From Clostridia bacterium (GTDB lineage: Bacteria > Bacillota > Clostridia > Oscillospirales > RGIG5299): DNA of 64,000 bases. The stretch's first letter is position 1. Every line of letters starts with the position of its first letter. The notes beneath the pieces are model-generated. The model was not told the origin of the DNA, searched no databases, and saw only the letters and a list, made by a program, of their open reading frames with translations. The stretch spans positions 14,414 through 78,413 of the forward strand of contig JAFVQJ010000013.1 of NCBI GenBank assembly GCA_017504945.1, in the 5' to 3' direction. Below, one piece after another: positions 18,594 through 29,095 of the stretch. Both the position numbers and the translations under genes were made by a program.

Positions 18594-19712
18594 ATGGCAA
18601 AAATAAAGGTTGCAACTCCCAGCCGTATCTGTCTTTTCGGCGAGCATCAGGACTATCTCAATCTCGAGGTCATCGCCGCCGCGATAGACCTTCGCTTTTA
18701 CGCGGAGATAACGGAAAACGGCACCGATAAGATAAATATTAAGATACGCGAAAGCTCCATTGACTTTCTCGGCGCGGAGAATACCGAAAATAAATACGAT
18801 TATTTTTCCATCAATTTTGCAAAGCCCATCGTCTATTCGGGCAGAACCGATTTTTTAAGAAGCGCTGTAAACGTTTTGAAGAAAAAGGGCTATCCTCTCA
18901 AGGGCTGCGATATCAAGATGGATTCGGAAATTCCAATAGGAAAGGGTATGTGCTCCTCCTCCACGATGATAGTCGTTCTCATAAAGGCGCTTCTTGAGCT
19001 TATGGACTCTCCCGATAAGAACGACGCCGCAAAAATCGCTCTTCTTGCCTACGAGGCAGAGGTAAAGGAATTTGGAAATCCCGGCGGAATGATGGATCAG
19101 GTGGCTTCTGCCTTGGGCGGTCTTTTGAACATCGACTTTTCAAACGGCGGATTTTCCTACAAGTCGATGAACGCCACTCTTACCGGAGATTTCATTCTTT
19201 TCGATTCGCTTGAGCAGAAAAACACCATCAAGGTGCTTGCCGACGCAAAGGCTCCCACCATTGCGGGACTTAAGGAGCTTGCACCCTTCGGCATCTCCTC
19301 CATTCGCGACCTCGTAAGCAATCCCGACACCGACGAGCTCCTCAAAAAGATCACCCCCTCGCTCGTTTCCAAGGTAAGGGCAAATATAGACAATCACCGC
19401 ATACTCCTCGAGGCAAAGGCCATGATGGAGAGCGGAAATATAGATAACCTCCGCTTCGGTGAGCTTTTATACGCTCACCACTGCAACCTGCGCGACGGTC
19501 TCGGAGCGTCTACCGATAAGATAGACACTATTTTGAACACCGCGCTTGAAAACGGTGCACTCGGCGGCAAGGTAAACGGCTCGGGCGGCGGCGGCTGTCT
19601 TTACGTTTACTGTGAGAAGGATAAGACCGAGGGAATTATGGCGGCTGTTGAAAAGCTCGGTTATCCCTCGAAAAAGCTTTCGGTTTCAAACGGTGTTTGC
19701 CGTTTAAAATAA
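18594..19712 (+). CDS. GHMP-family sugar kinase (galactokinase-like anomeric kinase)
   Basis: It has a galactokinase-signature-like N-terminus (RICLFGEHQDY), GHMP motif II (PIGKGMCSSS) and motif III (NGSGGGGC). The RBS is GAGGTG. Confidence 0.8.
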   Translation: MAKIKVATPSRICLFGEHQDYLNLEVIAAAIDLRFYAEITENGTDKINIKIRESSIDFLGAENTENKYDYFSINFAKPIVYSGRTDFLRSAVNVLKKKGYPLKGCDIKMDSEIPIGKGMCSSSTMIVVLIKALLELMDSPDKNDAAKIALLAYEAEVKEFGNPGGMMDQVASALGGLLNIDFSNGGFSYKSMNATLTGDFILFDSLEQKNTIKVLADAKAPTIAGLKELAPFGISSIRDLVSNPDTDELLKKITPSLVSKVRANIDNHRILLEAKAMMESGNIDNLRFGELLYAHHCNLRDGLGASTDKIDTILNTALENGALGGKVNGSGGGGCLYVYCEKDKTEGIMAAVEKLGYPSKKLSVSNGVCRLK

Positions 19713-19740
19713 TTTCGCAATATCAAAGGATTGAGGCAAA

Positions 19741-21147
19741 GTGGTAAAATTCGGCACGGGCGGCTGGCGCGCAATTATAGGCGATGAATTTATAAAATCA
19801 AACATCACCTTACTTGCTCAGGCAGTTTCCGACATCATCAACGAGCAAGAGCAAAACAAAACGGTTATTATGGGCTTTGATAAGCGCTTTTTATCCGATA
19901 AAGCGGCTGTTTGGAGCGCAGAGGTCTTTGCCGCAAACGGCATTACCGTAAATTTCATCGACAGACCCGTTCCCACCCCCATGGTAATGTTCGGTGTGAA
20001 ATCGCTTGGTGCGCCCTACGGTATGGCTGTTACCGCAAGCCATAATCCCGCCGAATACAACGGAATAAAGCTCTTTACCGCAGGCGGAAGGGACGCCTCA
20101 AAGGAGTTTACCGATTTTGTTGAGGAAAAGATAGCAAGCGTTAAAAAGGTCTCTTCCATTCCCTTCAAAAAGGGCGTTGAGAGCGGCGTTATTCGCATTA
20201 CCAATCTCTCAAACGATTATATCGACAGCATTCTTGCGCAGATAGACGTTGAAGCCATTAAAAAGAAAAATCTTCGCGTGCTTCTCGACCCGATGTTCGG
20301 CGTTTCAAAGACCTCTCTTCAGACGGTCCTCTCGGTTGCGAGATGTGAGGTAAACGTTATTAATGACAGGCACGACACACTCTTTGGCGGCAAGCTTCCC
20401 TCTCCTTCGGCAAAAACGCTTGAAAAGCTTCAGGCGATGGTCGTAAACGAGGGCTACGACATAGGCATAGGCACCGACGGCGACGCCGACAGAATAGGTA
20501 TTATCGACGAAAAGGGTAATTTCGTTCATCCCAACAGAATTTTGGAGCTTCTTTACTACTATTTCCTCAAATACAAGGGAAAAAGAGGCGCCGTTGTAAG
20601 AAACATCGCAACCACCTGCGTGCTTGACAGAATAGCCGCCGACTTCGGCTGCGATTGCATCGAGGTGCCGGTAGGCTTCAAGCACATAAGCGCGGGAATG
20701 GAGAAATACGACGCGATAATAGGCGGCGAAAGCTCGGGCGGTCTTACCATAAAGGGACACATCAAGGGTAAGGACGGCATTCTGGCTTCGGCGATCCTCG
20801 TTGAAATGATCTCCGTTACCGGTAAAAAGATAGGCGAGCTTCTTCAAGAGATAGACGAAAGATACGGCGAAATGGTCATGGTCGAGGACGACCTCCGTCT
20901 TGACGAGGAGAGAGTTGCAAGGCTTAAGGAGCTTCTTTTCGTTAAAAAGGAGACCCCCGCCTTCTCCGAGAAGGTAAAGAGCCTTTGCTACGACGACGGT
21001 CTTAAGGTCCGGTTTGAAAACGGCGGCTGGATAATAGTGAGATTTTCGGGCACCGAGCCGCTTCTTCGCATATTCTGCGAAATGCCGAGCGAGTCTGCGG
21101 CGCTTGCCCAAAACGAGATAGCAAAGAATTTTTGTAAAAGCATATAA
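19741..21147 (+). CDS. phosphohexomutase (phosphoglucomutase/phosphomannomutase family)
   Basis: The active-site loop is TASHNPAEYNGIK and the metal loop is GTDGDADR. The sugar loop is GGESSGG. It starts with GTG. Confidence 0.85.
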   Translation: MVKFGTGGWRAIIGDEFIKSNITLLAQAVSDIINEQEQNKTVIMGFDKRFLSDKAAVWSAEVFAANGITVNFIDRPVPTPMVMFGVKSLGAPYGMAVTASHNPAEYNGIKLFTAGGRDASKEFTDFVEEKIASVKKVSSIPFKKGVESGVIRITNLSNDYIDSILAQIDVEAIKKKNLRVLLDPMFGVSKTSLQTVLSVARCEVNVINDRHDTLFGGKLPSPSAKTLEKLQAMVVNEGYDIGIGTDGDADRIGIIDEKGNFVHPNRILELLYYYFLKYKGKRGAVVRNIATTCVLDRIAADFGCDCIEVPVGFKHISAGMEKYDAIIGGESSGGLTIKGHIKGKDGILASAILVEMISVTGKKIGELLQEIDERYGEMVMVEDDLRLDEERVARLKELLFVKKETPAFSEKVKSLCYDDGLKVRFENGGWIIVRFSGTEPLLRIFCEMPSESAALAQNEIAKNFCKSI

Positions 21148-21150
21148 CGC

Positions 21151-21190
21151 ATAAGTGTCTTGTCTTTTTGGGCAAGACACTTATTTATTG
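21151..21190 (+). terminator. intrinsic terminator
   Basis: 12-bp stem ATAAGTGTCTTG/CAAGACACTTAT followed by a T-rich tract. Confidence 0.75.
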
Positions 21191-21284
21191 TGAAAAGCTT
21201 TCGACAATTATGCTTTTTTATTTGACTTTTTTGCAATAATATATTATTATATAATTTATAGAATTATTTTGGAGTGATATGCTT

Positions 21285-22742
21285 ATGCGTCTTTGCGATA
21301 TTATAACCGCTCTTCAGCAGACCCGTCTGCTCTCAAAGGTCTACGGCGATGGCTTTATTGATATTTCCTCCGTCACCGACGATTCACGCGAGGCAAAAGA
21401 GGGATGTCTTTTCATCTGCAAGGGCGTGGGCTTTAAAAAGAAATATCTTGAGGACGCCGTTAAAATGGGCGCCGCGGCGTATATCTCCGAGGTCGATTAC
21501 GATATCCCCTCGGTAACGGCGATAATCGTTAAGGATATTCTCGTTGCCATGGCGGCGGCGTCTGCGGTGTTTTACCGTTTCCCCTCAAGGGATATAGTTA
21601 CCGTGGGCATCACCGGCACCAAGGGTAAGACCACCACCGGCGAAATGATAAGAACGGTGCTTTCCGTTTCAAACAAATGCGCGGTCATCGGCACCAACGG
21701 CGTCGATACCACCGTAAAGCTTCACGACAATAACCTCACCACACCCGAGTCGCTCCGCATAAACGCCTATCTTCGCGAGGCGGCTGACGGAGGCGCCGAT
21801 TTTGCGGTGGTCGAAACGTCGGCGCAGGCGTTTAAAATGCACCGCACCGATTTTCTCGATTTCAAAATAGGCGTTTTCACTAATTTCGGGCTTGACCATA
21901 TCGGTCCCAAGGAGCATCCCGATATTGACGATTATTTCAAATGCAAGATGATGCTCTTCTCGCAGTGCAAAAGCGCCGTTATATACGGCGACGGCGAGGA
22001 GCTTTTCAAAATTCTTCCCTACGTTGAGCATATTCCCCATTTTACCTACGGCTTTTCCGAGAAAAACGATTTTTACGCAAAGGATATAAAAAGCGACGGA
22101 AAGCATCTCTCTTTTACCGCCGCAGGTAAATACCTAAACGCCGAATTCAAGCTTTCTATGCTCGGTGAGTTTAACGTGCTGAACGCTCTTGCCGCCATCG
22201 CGGTGGGATATCTTCTCGGCGTTTCGACAGAGGATGTGCAAAAGGCGCTTCTTCGCATCTTCGTAAGCGGCAGAATGGAGATATTTGAAAATGCCGGCAG
22301 AACGGTAATAGTCGACTACGCCCACAACCGCTTAAGCTATGAAACGCTTTTAAAAACGGTGAGAGAGGAATTTCCCGAAAGAAGAGTGGTCTCGGTCTTC
22401 GGCTGTCCCGGAACAAAGGCCTTAAACAGAAGAAAGGATATGGGCGAGGTCGCGGCACGCTGCTCCGATTTTACCGTTATAACGGCAGAGGACCCCGACA
22501 CCGAGCCTATCGAGGTAACGATGGCGGAGATCGCCTCTTATCTCGATAAGGAAAACGCCCCCTACGTTAAGATAGCCGACCGCGGCGAAGCGGTTGAATA
22601 CGCCATCAAAAACGCCAAAGAGGGCGACGTTGTTCTCATTCTCGGCAAGGGAAATGAAAAAACTATGATGTATAACGGCGTTATCTGCCCTCACGAGGGC
22701 GATTCGGATATTGCCGCAAGGCTCGTCCCCGAGCTTAAATAA
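21285..22742 (+). CDS. murE: Mur ligase, MurE-like (UDP-MurNAc-L-Ala-D-Glu:diamino acid ligase)
   Basis: It has the P-loop GITGTKGKTTT, NLTTPES and DYAHN motifs. The second ATG has better spacing from the GGAGTG RBS. Confidence 0.75.
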   Translation: MRLCDIITALQQTRLLSKVYGDGFIDISSVTDDSREAKEGCLFICKGVGFKKKYLEDAVKMGAAAYISEVDYDIPSVTAIIVKDILVAMAAASAVFYRFPSRDIVTVGITGTKGKTTTGEMIRTVLSVSNKCAVIGTNGVDTTVKLHDNNLTTPESLRINAYLREAADGGADFAVVETSAQAFKMHRTDFLDFKIGVFTNFGLDHIGPKEHPDIDDYFKCKMMLFSQCKSAVIYGDGEELFKILPYVEHIPHFTYGFSEKNDFYAKDIKSDGKHLSFTAAGKYLNAEFKLSMLGEFNVLNALAAIAVGYLLGVSTEDVQKALLRIFVSGRMEIFENAGRTVIVDYAHNRLSYETLLKTVREEFPERRVVSVFGCPGTKALNRRKDMGEVAARCSDFTVITAEDPDTEPIEVTMAEIASYLDKENAPYVKIADRGEAVEYAIKNAKEGDVVLILGKGNEKTMMYNGVICPHEGDSDIAARLVPELK

Positions 22743-22754
22743 AGGAGCTTTTAA

Positions 22755-24323
22755 ATGAAAAAGATCGTAATAATCGGAGCGGGTCCCTCGGGACTTACCG
22801 CCGCATACGAGCTGCTTAAGGATAATAAAGAGGAATACGATATAACCGTTTTGGAGGCAACCTCCGATATAGGCGGCATTTCAAAAACCGTCTGCCATAA
22901 CGGTAACAGAATGGATATAGGCGGTCACCGCTTCTTCTCAAAGGACGACTCCGTTATGAAGTGGTGGAGCGACATTATGCCCGTTCAGGCATCGCCCTCC
23001 AAGGACGATATTATTTTAGACAAGAAAAACAAGCCCTTTGCAGAGGTCGGTCCCGACCCTGAAAAAGAGGATAACGTTATGCTTATTCGCGAAAGAGTAT
23101 CGAGAATTCTTTACCTTCGCAAATTCTTCGATTATCCCGTTTCGATAAAGCCTCGCACCTTTATCAATATGGGCTTTAAGAACACCGTGCGCGCAGGCTT
23201 CGGTTACATAAGATCGGCGCTTGTAAAGCGCGAGGAGAAGTCGCTTGAGGACTTTATGATAAACCGCTTCGGCACTCCTCTTTACGAAATGTTTTTCAGA
23301 GATTACACCGAAAAGGTGTGGGGCGTTCATCCCAGAGAGATATCTGCCTCGTGGGGCGCCCAGAGAATAAAGGGGCTTTCTCTTCGCAAGGCGCTTAAAA
23401 ACGCCATTCTCTCGCCCTTTACCAAGGGAAAGAGCCAGAAATCGAAGGAGACCTCGCTTATAGAGCAGTTCTGGTATCCCAAATACGGCCCCGGTCAGCT
23501 TTGGGAGCACGTCGCACGGCTTTGCGGTGAGATGGGCGCGAAAATAATCACCGAGGCGGAGGTAACAGAGCTTAATACCGACGGCAAGACCGTCAAGTCG
23601 GTAAGCTACCTCAAAAACGGCGAAAAGATAACGCTTGAGGCGGATACCGTCATCTCCTCTATGGCTATAAAGGACCTTGCCGTCGCTATGGGCGACAGCT
23701 TCCCGAAGGAAGAAAAGGAGATAGCTTTAAATCTTCAGTACCGCGATTTCATAACAGTGGGGCTTTCTGTTGATAAATTAAACCTTGAAAACAAAACGAA
23801 GATAAAAACGGTGGGCAACATAGTGCCCGATACCTGGATATACGTCCAAGAGGCCGACGTAAAGGTCGGCAGACTTCAGATATTCAATAACTGGAGCCCC
23901 TATCTCGTCAAGGATTTCGGTAAAAGGGTATGGATAGGTCTTGAATATTTCGTAAACGAGGGCGACGAGCTCTGGTCCATGAGCGATGCGGACTTTATCG
24001 ATTTTGCCGCAGGCGAGCTTATTTCTCTTGGCATAATCGAAAAGGAAAATATAAAGGACAGCGTTCGCTTCAAGGTAAAAAAGGCTTATCCCGCCTATTT
24101 CGGAAGCTATTTACAGTTTGATAAGGTAAGAGATCTTCTTATGACCTTTAATAACCTCTACTGCATTGGCAGAAACGGTCAGCACCGTTACAATAATATG
24201 GATCACTCTATGCTCACCGCCTTCTACGCCGCAAAGGCGATCAAAAACGGCGGAAAGGGCAAGGACGAGATATGGTCCGTTAACGTTGAGGAAAGCTACC
24301 ATGAAACAAAAGAAGGAAATTAA
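22755..24323 (+). CDS. NAD(P)/FAD-dependent oxidoreductase (amine-oxidase / UDP-galactopyranose-mutase-like superfamily)
   Basis: The dinucleotide-binding motif [15 protein letters not shown] is followed by GGHRFF. Confidence 0.7.
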   Translation: MKKIVIIGAGPSGLTAAYELLKDNKEEYDITVLEATSDIGGISKTVCHNGNRMDIGGHRFFSKDDSVMKWWSDIMPVQASPSKDDIILDKKNKPFAEVGPDPEKEDNVMLIRERVSRILYLRKFFDYPVSIKPRTFINMGFKNTVRAGFGYIRSALVKREEKSLEDFMINRFGTPLYEMFFRDYTEKVWGVHPREISASWGAQRIKGLSLRKALKNAILSPFTKGKSQKSKETSLIEQFWYPKYGPGQLWEHVARLCGEMGAKIITEAEVTELNTDGKTVKSVSYLKNGEKITLEADTVISSMAIKDLAVAMGDSFPKEEKEIALNLQYRDFITVGLSVDKLNLENKTKIKTVGNIVPDTWIYVQEADVKVGRLQIFNNWSPYLVKDFGKRVWIGLEYFVNEGDELWSMSDADFIDFAAGELISLGIIEKENIKDSVRFKVKKAYPAYFGSYLQFDKVRDLLMTFNNLYCIGRNGQHRYNNMDHSMLTAFYAAKAIKNGGKGKDEIWSVNVEESYHETKEGN

Positions 24324-25650
24324 GCTTTTCGGGCTTTCGCTTGACAGTCGCGAGCTTCTCGTTTTCATCTTTCTTTTGGCGGTCGTTTTCAGAATGTTTT
24401 ACGGTGTTATGACGGGGCCCTATACCCGTCAGCACGACTTTTCGGGAACACACGGTCATTACGAATACGTTAAGATAATCGCAAACGAGGGAGCCTTGCC
24501 CAAAAGCAACGATTGGCAGTTTTACCATCCGCCGCTTACCCACATAGTGCTTGCGGGCGGCTACGCTCTGCTTTCGGACGTTATCGTTACCCCCGAGGGC
24601 GCACCCGACGATGCGAAGATCGCCGATATTTTGCAGGTCTTTCCCTTTATTTACAGCGTTTTGATGCTGTTTGTGATATATTTCATTTTAAAGGAGCTTG
24701 GACTTAAAGGGGGATATTTGCTTCTCGGCTTTTCAATATTTGCATTTCATCCCACGAATATTATACTTTCGGCATCGCTTAACAACGATATGCTCACCTA
24801 TCTGCTCTACGGCGTTTCGTTTTTATTTACGGTAAAATGGTATAAGGAGCAGAGCTTCTTTAATATAATTTGTCTGGCACTCTCTATCGCGGCGTCTATG
24901 CTCTCAAAATTTTCGGGCGTTATGATCGCGCCGCTTACCGCAATAGTTTTTCTTACCGTTTTGATAAAATACGTGAGAGAAAAGAAGAGCGTTGGCGGTT
25001 TGATAGCGCAGTTTGCCCTTTTCGGAGTTATATGTATTCCCTTGGGACTTTCATATACCTTGAGAAATTATATTCTGTTCGAGCAGCCCCTTGGCTACGT
25101 TGCCTATATGGGCAAGGATAACTGGCAGTATATCGACAAGCCGCTTATCTCAAGGCTCTTTGGCTACTGGGCACCCGATCTCGATTCACCCTTTTCGGAC
25201 CTTTACCGCCATAATATTTTGTCCACCTGCTTTAAGACCTCCCTCTTCGGCGAGTGGGGCGGCGCCTTTTCGGGCTTTTCCTCTCGCTTCGGTGCGGCGT
25301 TTACCGAGCTGGCGGGCTGGGTAGTTACTTTTTTTGCCGCAGTCTTTACGGCTGTATCGGCGTTTTTATCGGGCAAATATCTTTTTGGCGGTAAGCAAGA
25401 CGGTGTCTTCAGCTTTTTACTTGTAGGCAACTTTGTTTTGCAGTTTGGTTTTTTCATCTACTTCAACGCGGGCTATCCCTTCGGCTGCACCGCCGATTTC
25501 AGATATCTTGCACCCACCCTCATTTCTCTTTCGGCACTTTTCCCACTCGGTCTTGAAAAGGTAAAGAGCAACCTCTTAAAGCAGAGCTTTATTGCAACGG
25601 CAATTTGCTTTTCTCTTGCAAGCTCGGCGTTTTATATGCTTTGCGCATAA
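24301..25650 (+). CDS. GT-C fold glycosyltransferase (PMT/ArnT, GT39-like) membrane protein
   Basis: About 12 TM helices with an early acidic loop motif (RQHDF). The ATG at 24301 overlaps the upstream gene by 23 nt. The ORF-track start at 24166 is an out-of-frame extension inside the previous gene. Confidence 0.6.
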   Translation: MKQKKEIKLFGLSLDSRELLVFIFLLAVVFRMFYGVMTGPYTRQHDFSGTHGHYEYVKIIANEGALPKSNDWQFYHPPLTHIVLAGGYALLSDVIVTPEGAPDDAKIADILQVFPFIYSVLMLFVIYFILKELGLKGGYLLLGFSIFAFHPTNIILSASLNNDMLTYLLYGVSFLFTVKWYKEQSFFNIICLALSIAASMLSKFSGVMIAPLTAIVFLTVLIKYVREKKSVGGLIAQFALFGVICIPLGLSYTLRNYILFEQPLGYVAYMGKDNWQYIDKPLISRLFGYWAPDLDSPFSDLYRHNILSTCFKTSLFGEWGGAFSGFSSRFGAAFTELAGWVVTFFAAVFTAVSAFLSGKYLFGGKQDGVFSFLLVGNFVLQFGFFIYFNAGYPFGCTADFRYLAPTLISLSALFPLGLEKVKSNLLKQSFIATAICFSLASSAFYMLCA

Positions 25651-25674
25651 ATCTATTTGAAAGGAAATTTCATT

Positions 25675-26472
25675 ATGGATAACCGTCCCATAGGAGTTTT
25701 CGACAGCGGCATCGGCGGTCTTTCCGCCGTAAAGGAGCTAAAAAAAATACTTCCCGGCGAGAGCATCATCTATTTCGGTGATACCGGCCGTGTGCCCTAC
25801 GGCACCCGCTCGCCCGAAACGATAATGAGCTACGCCCGTGAGGATATGGAGTTTTTGCTCAAATTCGACCCGAAGGCTATAATGGTCGCCTGCGGCACGG
25901 TAAGCTCGGTCGCTCTCGACACTCTTAAAAAGGATTACCCCGTTAAGACGGTAGGCGTAGTTAAAAGCGCCGCGAAAAAGGCGTCAGCCGTTACCGTAAA
26001 CGGTAAGATCGGCGTTATCTCAACGGGAGCCACTCACCGAAGCGGCGCCTTCAAAAAGGCGATTTCCGAAATTTCCGATGCCGAGGTCTTTTCCGCCGCC
26101 GCTCCCCTTTTTATTCCTCTCGTTGAAAACGGCTACATAGACAAAAACAACGAGGTAACTCGCCTCGTTGCCAAGGATTACATCTATCCCCTTCTCGAAA
26201 AGGGCATAGACACTCTTATTCTCGGCTGCACTCATTTTCCCGTTATAAAGGAGCTTATTGCCGACATCGCGCCCTCCGTTACCCTTATCGACAGCGGCAA
26301 GGAGGCGGCGTGTCATTTAAAGGACTACCTTTGCGAAAACGAAATGCTTTCCGAAAAAACGAGCGGAGAGAGCAGATATTTCGTGAGCGACACCGCCGAG
26401 GGCTTTTCTTCGGTTGCGGAGATGTTTTTGGGCGAAAAGCTTGTAGGAAAGGTAGAAAAGATAACTTTTTAA
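25675..26472 (+). CDS. murI: glutamate racemase
   Basis: It has the motifs GVFDSGIGGLS, VACGTVSS and LGCTHFP. Confidence 0.9.
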   Translation: MDNRPIGVFDSGIGGLSAVKELKKILPGESIIYFGDTGRVPYGTRSPETIMSYAREDMEFLLKFDPKAIMVACGTVSSVALDTLKKDYPVKTVGVVKSAAKKASAVTVNGKIGVISTGATHRSGAFKKAISEISDAEVFSAAAPLFIPLVENGYIDKNNEVTRLVAKDYIYPLLEKGIDTLILGCTHFPVIKELIADIAPSVTLIDSGKEAACHLKDYLCENEMLSEKTSGESRYFVSDTAEGFSSVAEMFLGEKLVGKVEKITF

Positions 26473-26481
26473 GGACGTTTT

Positions 26482-26901
26482 ATGAAAAACAACGCATTTA
26501 TTTCAATTAAAGGAACCCAGACCACCGACGGCGACAAGAACGTTGTGGAATACAAGACCGACGGCGAGTTCGAGATCAAAAACAACGTATATTTCCTCTC
26601 CTATCTCGAGCCCGACGACCAAGGCGGCGACATTAAGACCGTCATACGCGTTGCCGACGACTCGGTAGCCATAAGGCGCGAGGGAATTACGGGGCAAACG
26701 ATGATGCTTCGCAAGGGCGAGCGCCACCATTGCCAATACGTTACCGCCTTCGGCGAGATGCTGCTCGGCGTTAACACTCATTCACTTAAATATAAGATGA
26801 GTCAGGAGGGCGGACATATTTCGGTCAAATACGACCTTGAATTCAACAGCAGTCTGCTTTCCGAAAACAGTCTTTCAATATCGGTAAAGTGCCGCGAATA
26901 A
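26482..26901 (+). CDS. DUF1934-like beta-barrel protein
   Basis: 139 aa; the size and N-terminal pattern (ISIKGTQTTDGDKNVVEY) resemble DUF1934/YwiB. The call is tentative. Confidence 0.5.
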   Translation: MKNNAFISIKGTQTTDGDKNVVEYKTDGEFEIKNNVYFLSYLEPDDQGGDIKTVIRVADDSVAIRREGITGQTMMLRKGERHHCQYVTAFGEMLLGVNTHSLKYKMSQEGGHISVKYDLEFNSSLLSENSLSISVKCRE

Positions 26902-26920
26902 TTTATAAAGGAAGTTAAAA

Positions 26921-27418
26921 ATGGAAAGATATACTCTTCTTAAAGAAAAAGAGCTTGACGTAGTTGCCTCGGCGGAGATAGTGAGCATGCGAATTGCCGA
27001 TCTTATGGGCAAAAATGAAGGCGACAGATATCTCGTCAAGGTAAAGGGCGACAGCTACCGCGTTCATCTTATTCCCCGAAAGAATCGCGACGGCTCTCAC
27101 TACGAGTGCTTTTACGTAAAAGCCACCGTTACCGAAAAGGAGGATTTCCTCTGTAGCGTTAAGCTTGAATATCTGAAGGATAATTTCAAGTATATTATGA
27201 ACTATTTCGTGGCGGCAGGAGTTTTGGGGCTCGGAATACTCGGCTTTTTCGTGTTGCCCTCGCTTGCTTATAAAATAGCGTCGCTTTGCACAGGCGTTTT
27301 GCTTGCCGTGCTTGCCCTTTTCGTATGGAACGAAAAGGAGGAGGTAACCTCGGGACTTATCGACACGGTGGAAAAGGAAGTCACAAGCTTCGTTTCCGAC
27401 AATTCAACCAAAGGTTGA
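26921..27418 (+). CDS. hypothetical membrane-anchored protein
   Basis: 165 aa with a soluble N-domain and two C-terminal TM helices. I recognise no motif. Confidence 0.45.
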   Translation: MERYTLLKEKELDVVASAEIVSMRIADLMGKNEGDRYLVKVKGDSYRVHLIPRKNRDGSHYECFYVKATVTEKEDFLCSVKLEYLKDNFKYIMNYFVAAGVLGLGILGFFVLPSLAYKIASLCTGVLLAVLALFVWNEKEEVTSGLIDTVEKEVTSFVSDNSTKG

Positions 27419-27450
27419 TATTTTCATAAACCAAAACGAAAACCACTCTA

Positions 27451-27479
27451 TTGATTGCAGGTGTAAAAGTCGGTATAAT
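27451..27479 (+). promoter_or_regulatory. sigma-A type promoter
   Basis: TTGATT-17 nt-TATAAT upstream of the XRE-TPR regulator. Confidence 0.6.
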
Positions 27480-27523
27480 ATAACCGTAAGCTTACAACTG
27501 ATAAATATAGGGTGGTTATAATT

Positions 27524-28558
27524 ATGTCTGTTAATTTGTCAAAAATTATTACGTCACTTCGTAAGGAAAAAGGATATACCCAAGAAAAGCTTTCCGAAAT
27601 GCTAGGTGTATCCACTGCGGCTGTTTCAAAATGGGAAACGGGAAATTCTTATCCCGATATTTTCTTACTCCCGAAAATCGCCGAGATCTTCAACGTTTCG
27701 GTTGACTACCTCTTTGACTATGATTCTTCCGTCTCCAAAAACGTTGATAAAATAATTTCCGCAGCCGAAGCATTGAGAAAAGGCGGAGAGATCGACGAGG
27801 CAATTTCGAGCCTCTCAAGAGCGCTCGTTCATTATCCGAATAACGACAGGCTCATTTTTGAGCTTGCATATCACAATTTTATCTCTTCCTGGCATAAAAA
27901 TCAAGACAAACGCAAAGAAGCGCTGAAGTCAGCAGAAAAAGGCTTTATCCTTGCAATACAAAACACCTGTGACGGCAAGCTTGCAGCCAAAGCATATCAT
28001 TTTCTTACAGTAATTGCTGTTAATCAACTTGATTATGATAAGGCAAGAGAATATAACAGTCACGTCGTCGGTGCAGAAGGAATTTATCCGAGAGTTGACA
28101 AAGCAATTATTGATTTCAGGCAGTTTGATAACGCAAAGTCGTTGGAGCTTTCAAATAAAACCTTGTATGAAATAATTACTGAATATTCATTACTTGAAAC
28201 GTGGAGAGTAAACTTTTTCATTTCACACAAGGAGCCCGACCGCGCAATTTTTGAAGCAGAAAGAGCAATTATTATTCTTGATAAATTCAACGAAAACGAG
28301 CTTTTCGGAAACGAGCTTTCTGTTTTTTCCGAATCAATGGCTCTGGCTTATGCAATGAACAGTGACTATGAGAATTGTATGCTACAGCTTGAAAAGGCCG
28401 TTGATTATGCCGATAAATACGATAATTCGGGCTGTAGCGGCTCCGATGAAAGGGCTTCTTCCGTTAAAAGCCTATTGAGCCTTCTTGGTTCCGACGCAAG
28501 AAAGGAATATTCCCCCATTCGCAATACAAAACGCTTTGCGGCAATATTAAACAAATAA
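27524..28558 (+). CDS. XRE-family HTH regulator with TPR-like C-terminal domain (RRNPP-like architecture)
   Basis: The N-terminal HTH is GYTQEKLSEMLGVSTAAVSKWETGNSYP. The roughly 270-aa helical-repeat C-terminus follows. The gene is visibly more AT-rich than its neighbours. Confidence 0.75.
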   Translation: MSVNLSKIITSLRKEKGYTQEKLSEMLGVSTAAVSKWETGNSYPDIFLLPKIAEIFNVSVDYLFDYDSSVSKNVDKIISAAEALRKGGEIDEAISSLSRALVHYPNNDRLIFELAYHNFISSWHKNQDKRKEALKSAEKGFILAIQNTCDGKLAAKAYHFLTVIAVNQLDYDKAREYNSHVVGAEGIYPRVDKAIIDFRQFDNAKSLELSNKTLYEIITEYSLLETWRVNFFISHKEPDRAIFEAERAIIILDKFNENELFGNELSVFSESMALAYAMNSDYENCMLQLEKAVDYADKYDNSGCSGSDERASSVKSLLSLLGSDARKEYSPIRNTKRFAAILNK

Positions 28559-28594
28559 TCTTTTTGCAGCCGTTATACCAAGAGTGCAAACGGC

Positions 28595-28637
28595 AAAAAA
28601 ATCCGAATGCGAATACGCATTCGGATTTTTATTTTTT
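28595..28637. terminator. bidirectional intrinsic terminator
   Basis: 11-bp stem ATCCGAATGCG/CGCATTCGGAT with loop AATA, flanked by A and T runs. Confidence 0.85.
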
Positions 28638-28641
28638 AAAA

Positions 28642-29076
28642 TTAAAGCGCTTTTATATCGTCGGAGGTGATAAGCTTAAAGCCGTTATCGAGGCAGAGCT
28701 TTTCCGCCTTATCGTTTGAGGAAGCCTTTATAACGATGCAAGCCTTATTGCCCTCGGCTCTTCCTATAAAGTCGTACATATACTCTATTGAAAGGCCTTC
28801 CTTCTCGAAATGCTCGAGAAGAGAGTTAAGACCGCCGGGCGCGTCGTCTACCATAACTGCGACTACCTTGCCCAAATTTACGGTAAATCCGTTCTCCTTA
28901 AGTATCTCCGCCGCCTTTTCGGGCTCCTTTACTATCATTCTCAAAACGCCGTAGCGGGTGGTCTCTGCGATGCAGAGGCTTCTGATGTCGATCCCGTTTT
29001 CGCGAAGCACCTTGGTTATTCCGTAAAGTCTGCCGGGGACGTTTTCCAAAAAGGTTGAAAGCTGAATGATTGCCAT
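28642..29076 (-). CDS. tandem ACT-domain protein
   Basis: 144 aa from MAIIQLSTFLENVPGRL, with a second ACT-like half (VVAVMVDDAPGGL). The RBS is AGGAGG. Confidence 0.7.
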   Translation of the reverse strand: MAIIQLSTFLENVPGRLYGITKVLRENGIDIRSLCIAETTRYGVLRMIVKEPEKAAEILKENGFTVNLGKVVAVMVDDAPGGLNSLLEHFEKEGLSIEYMYDFIGRAEGNKACIVIKASSNDKAEKLCLDNGFKLITSDDIKAL

Positions 29077-29095
29077 TATCTGTTTCCTCCTGTTT

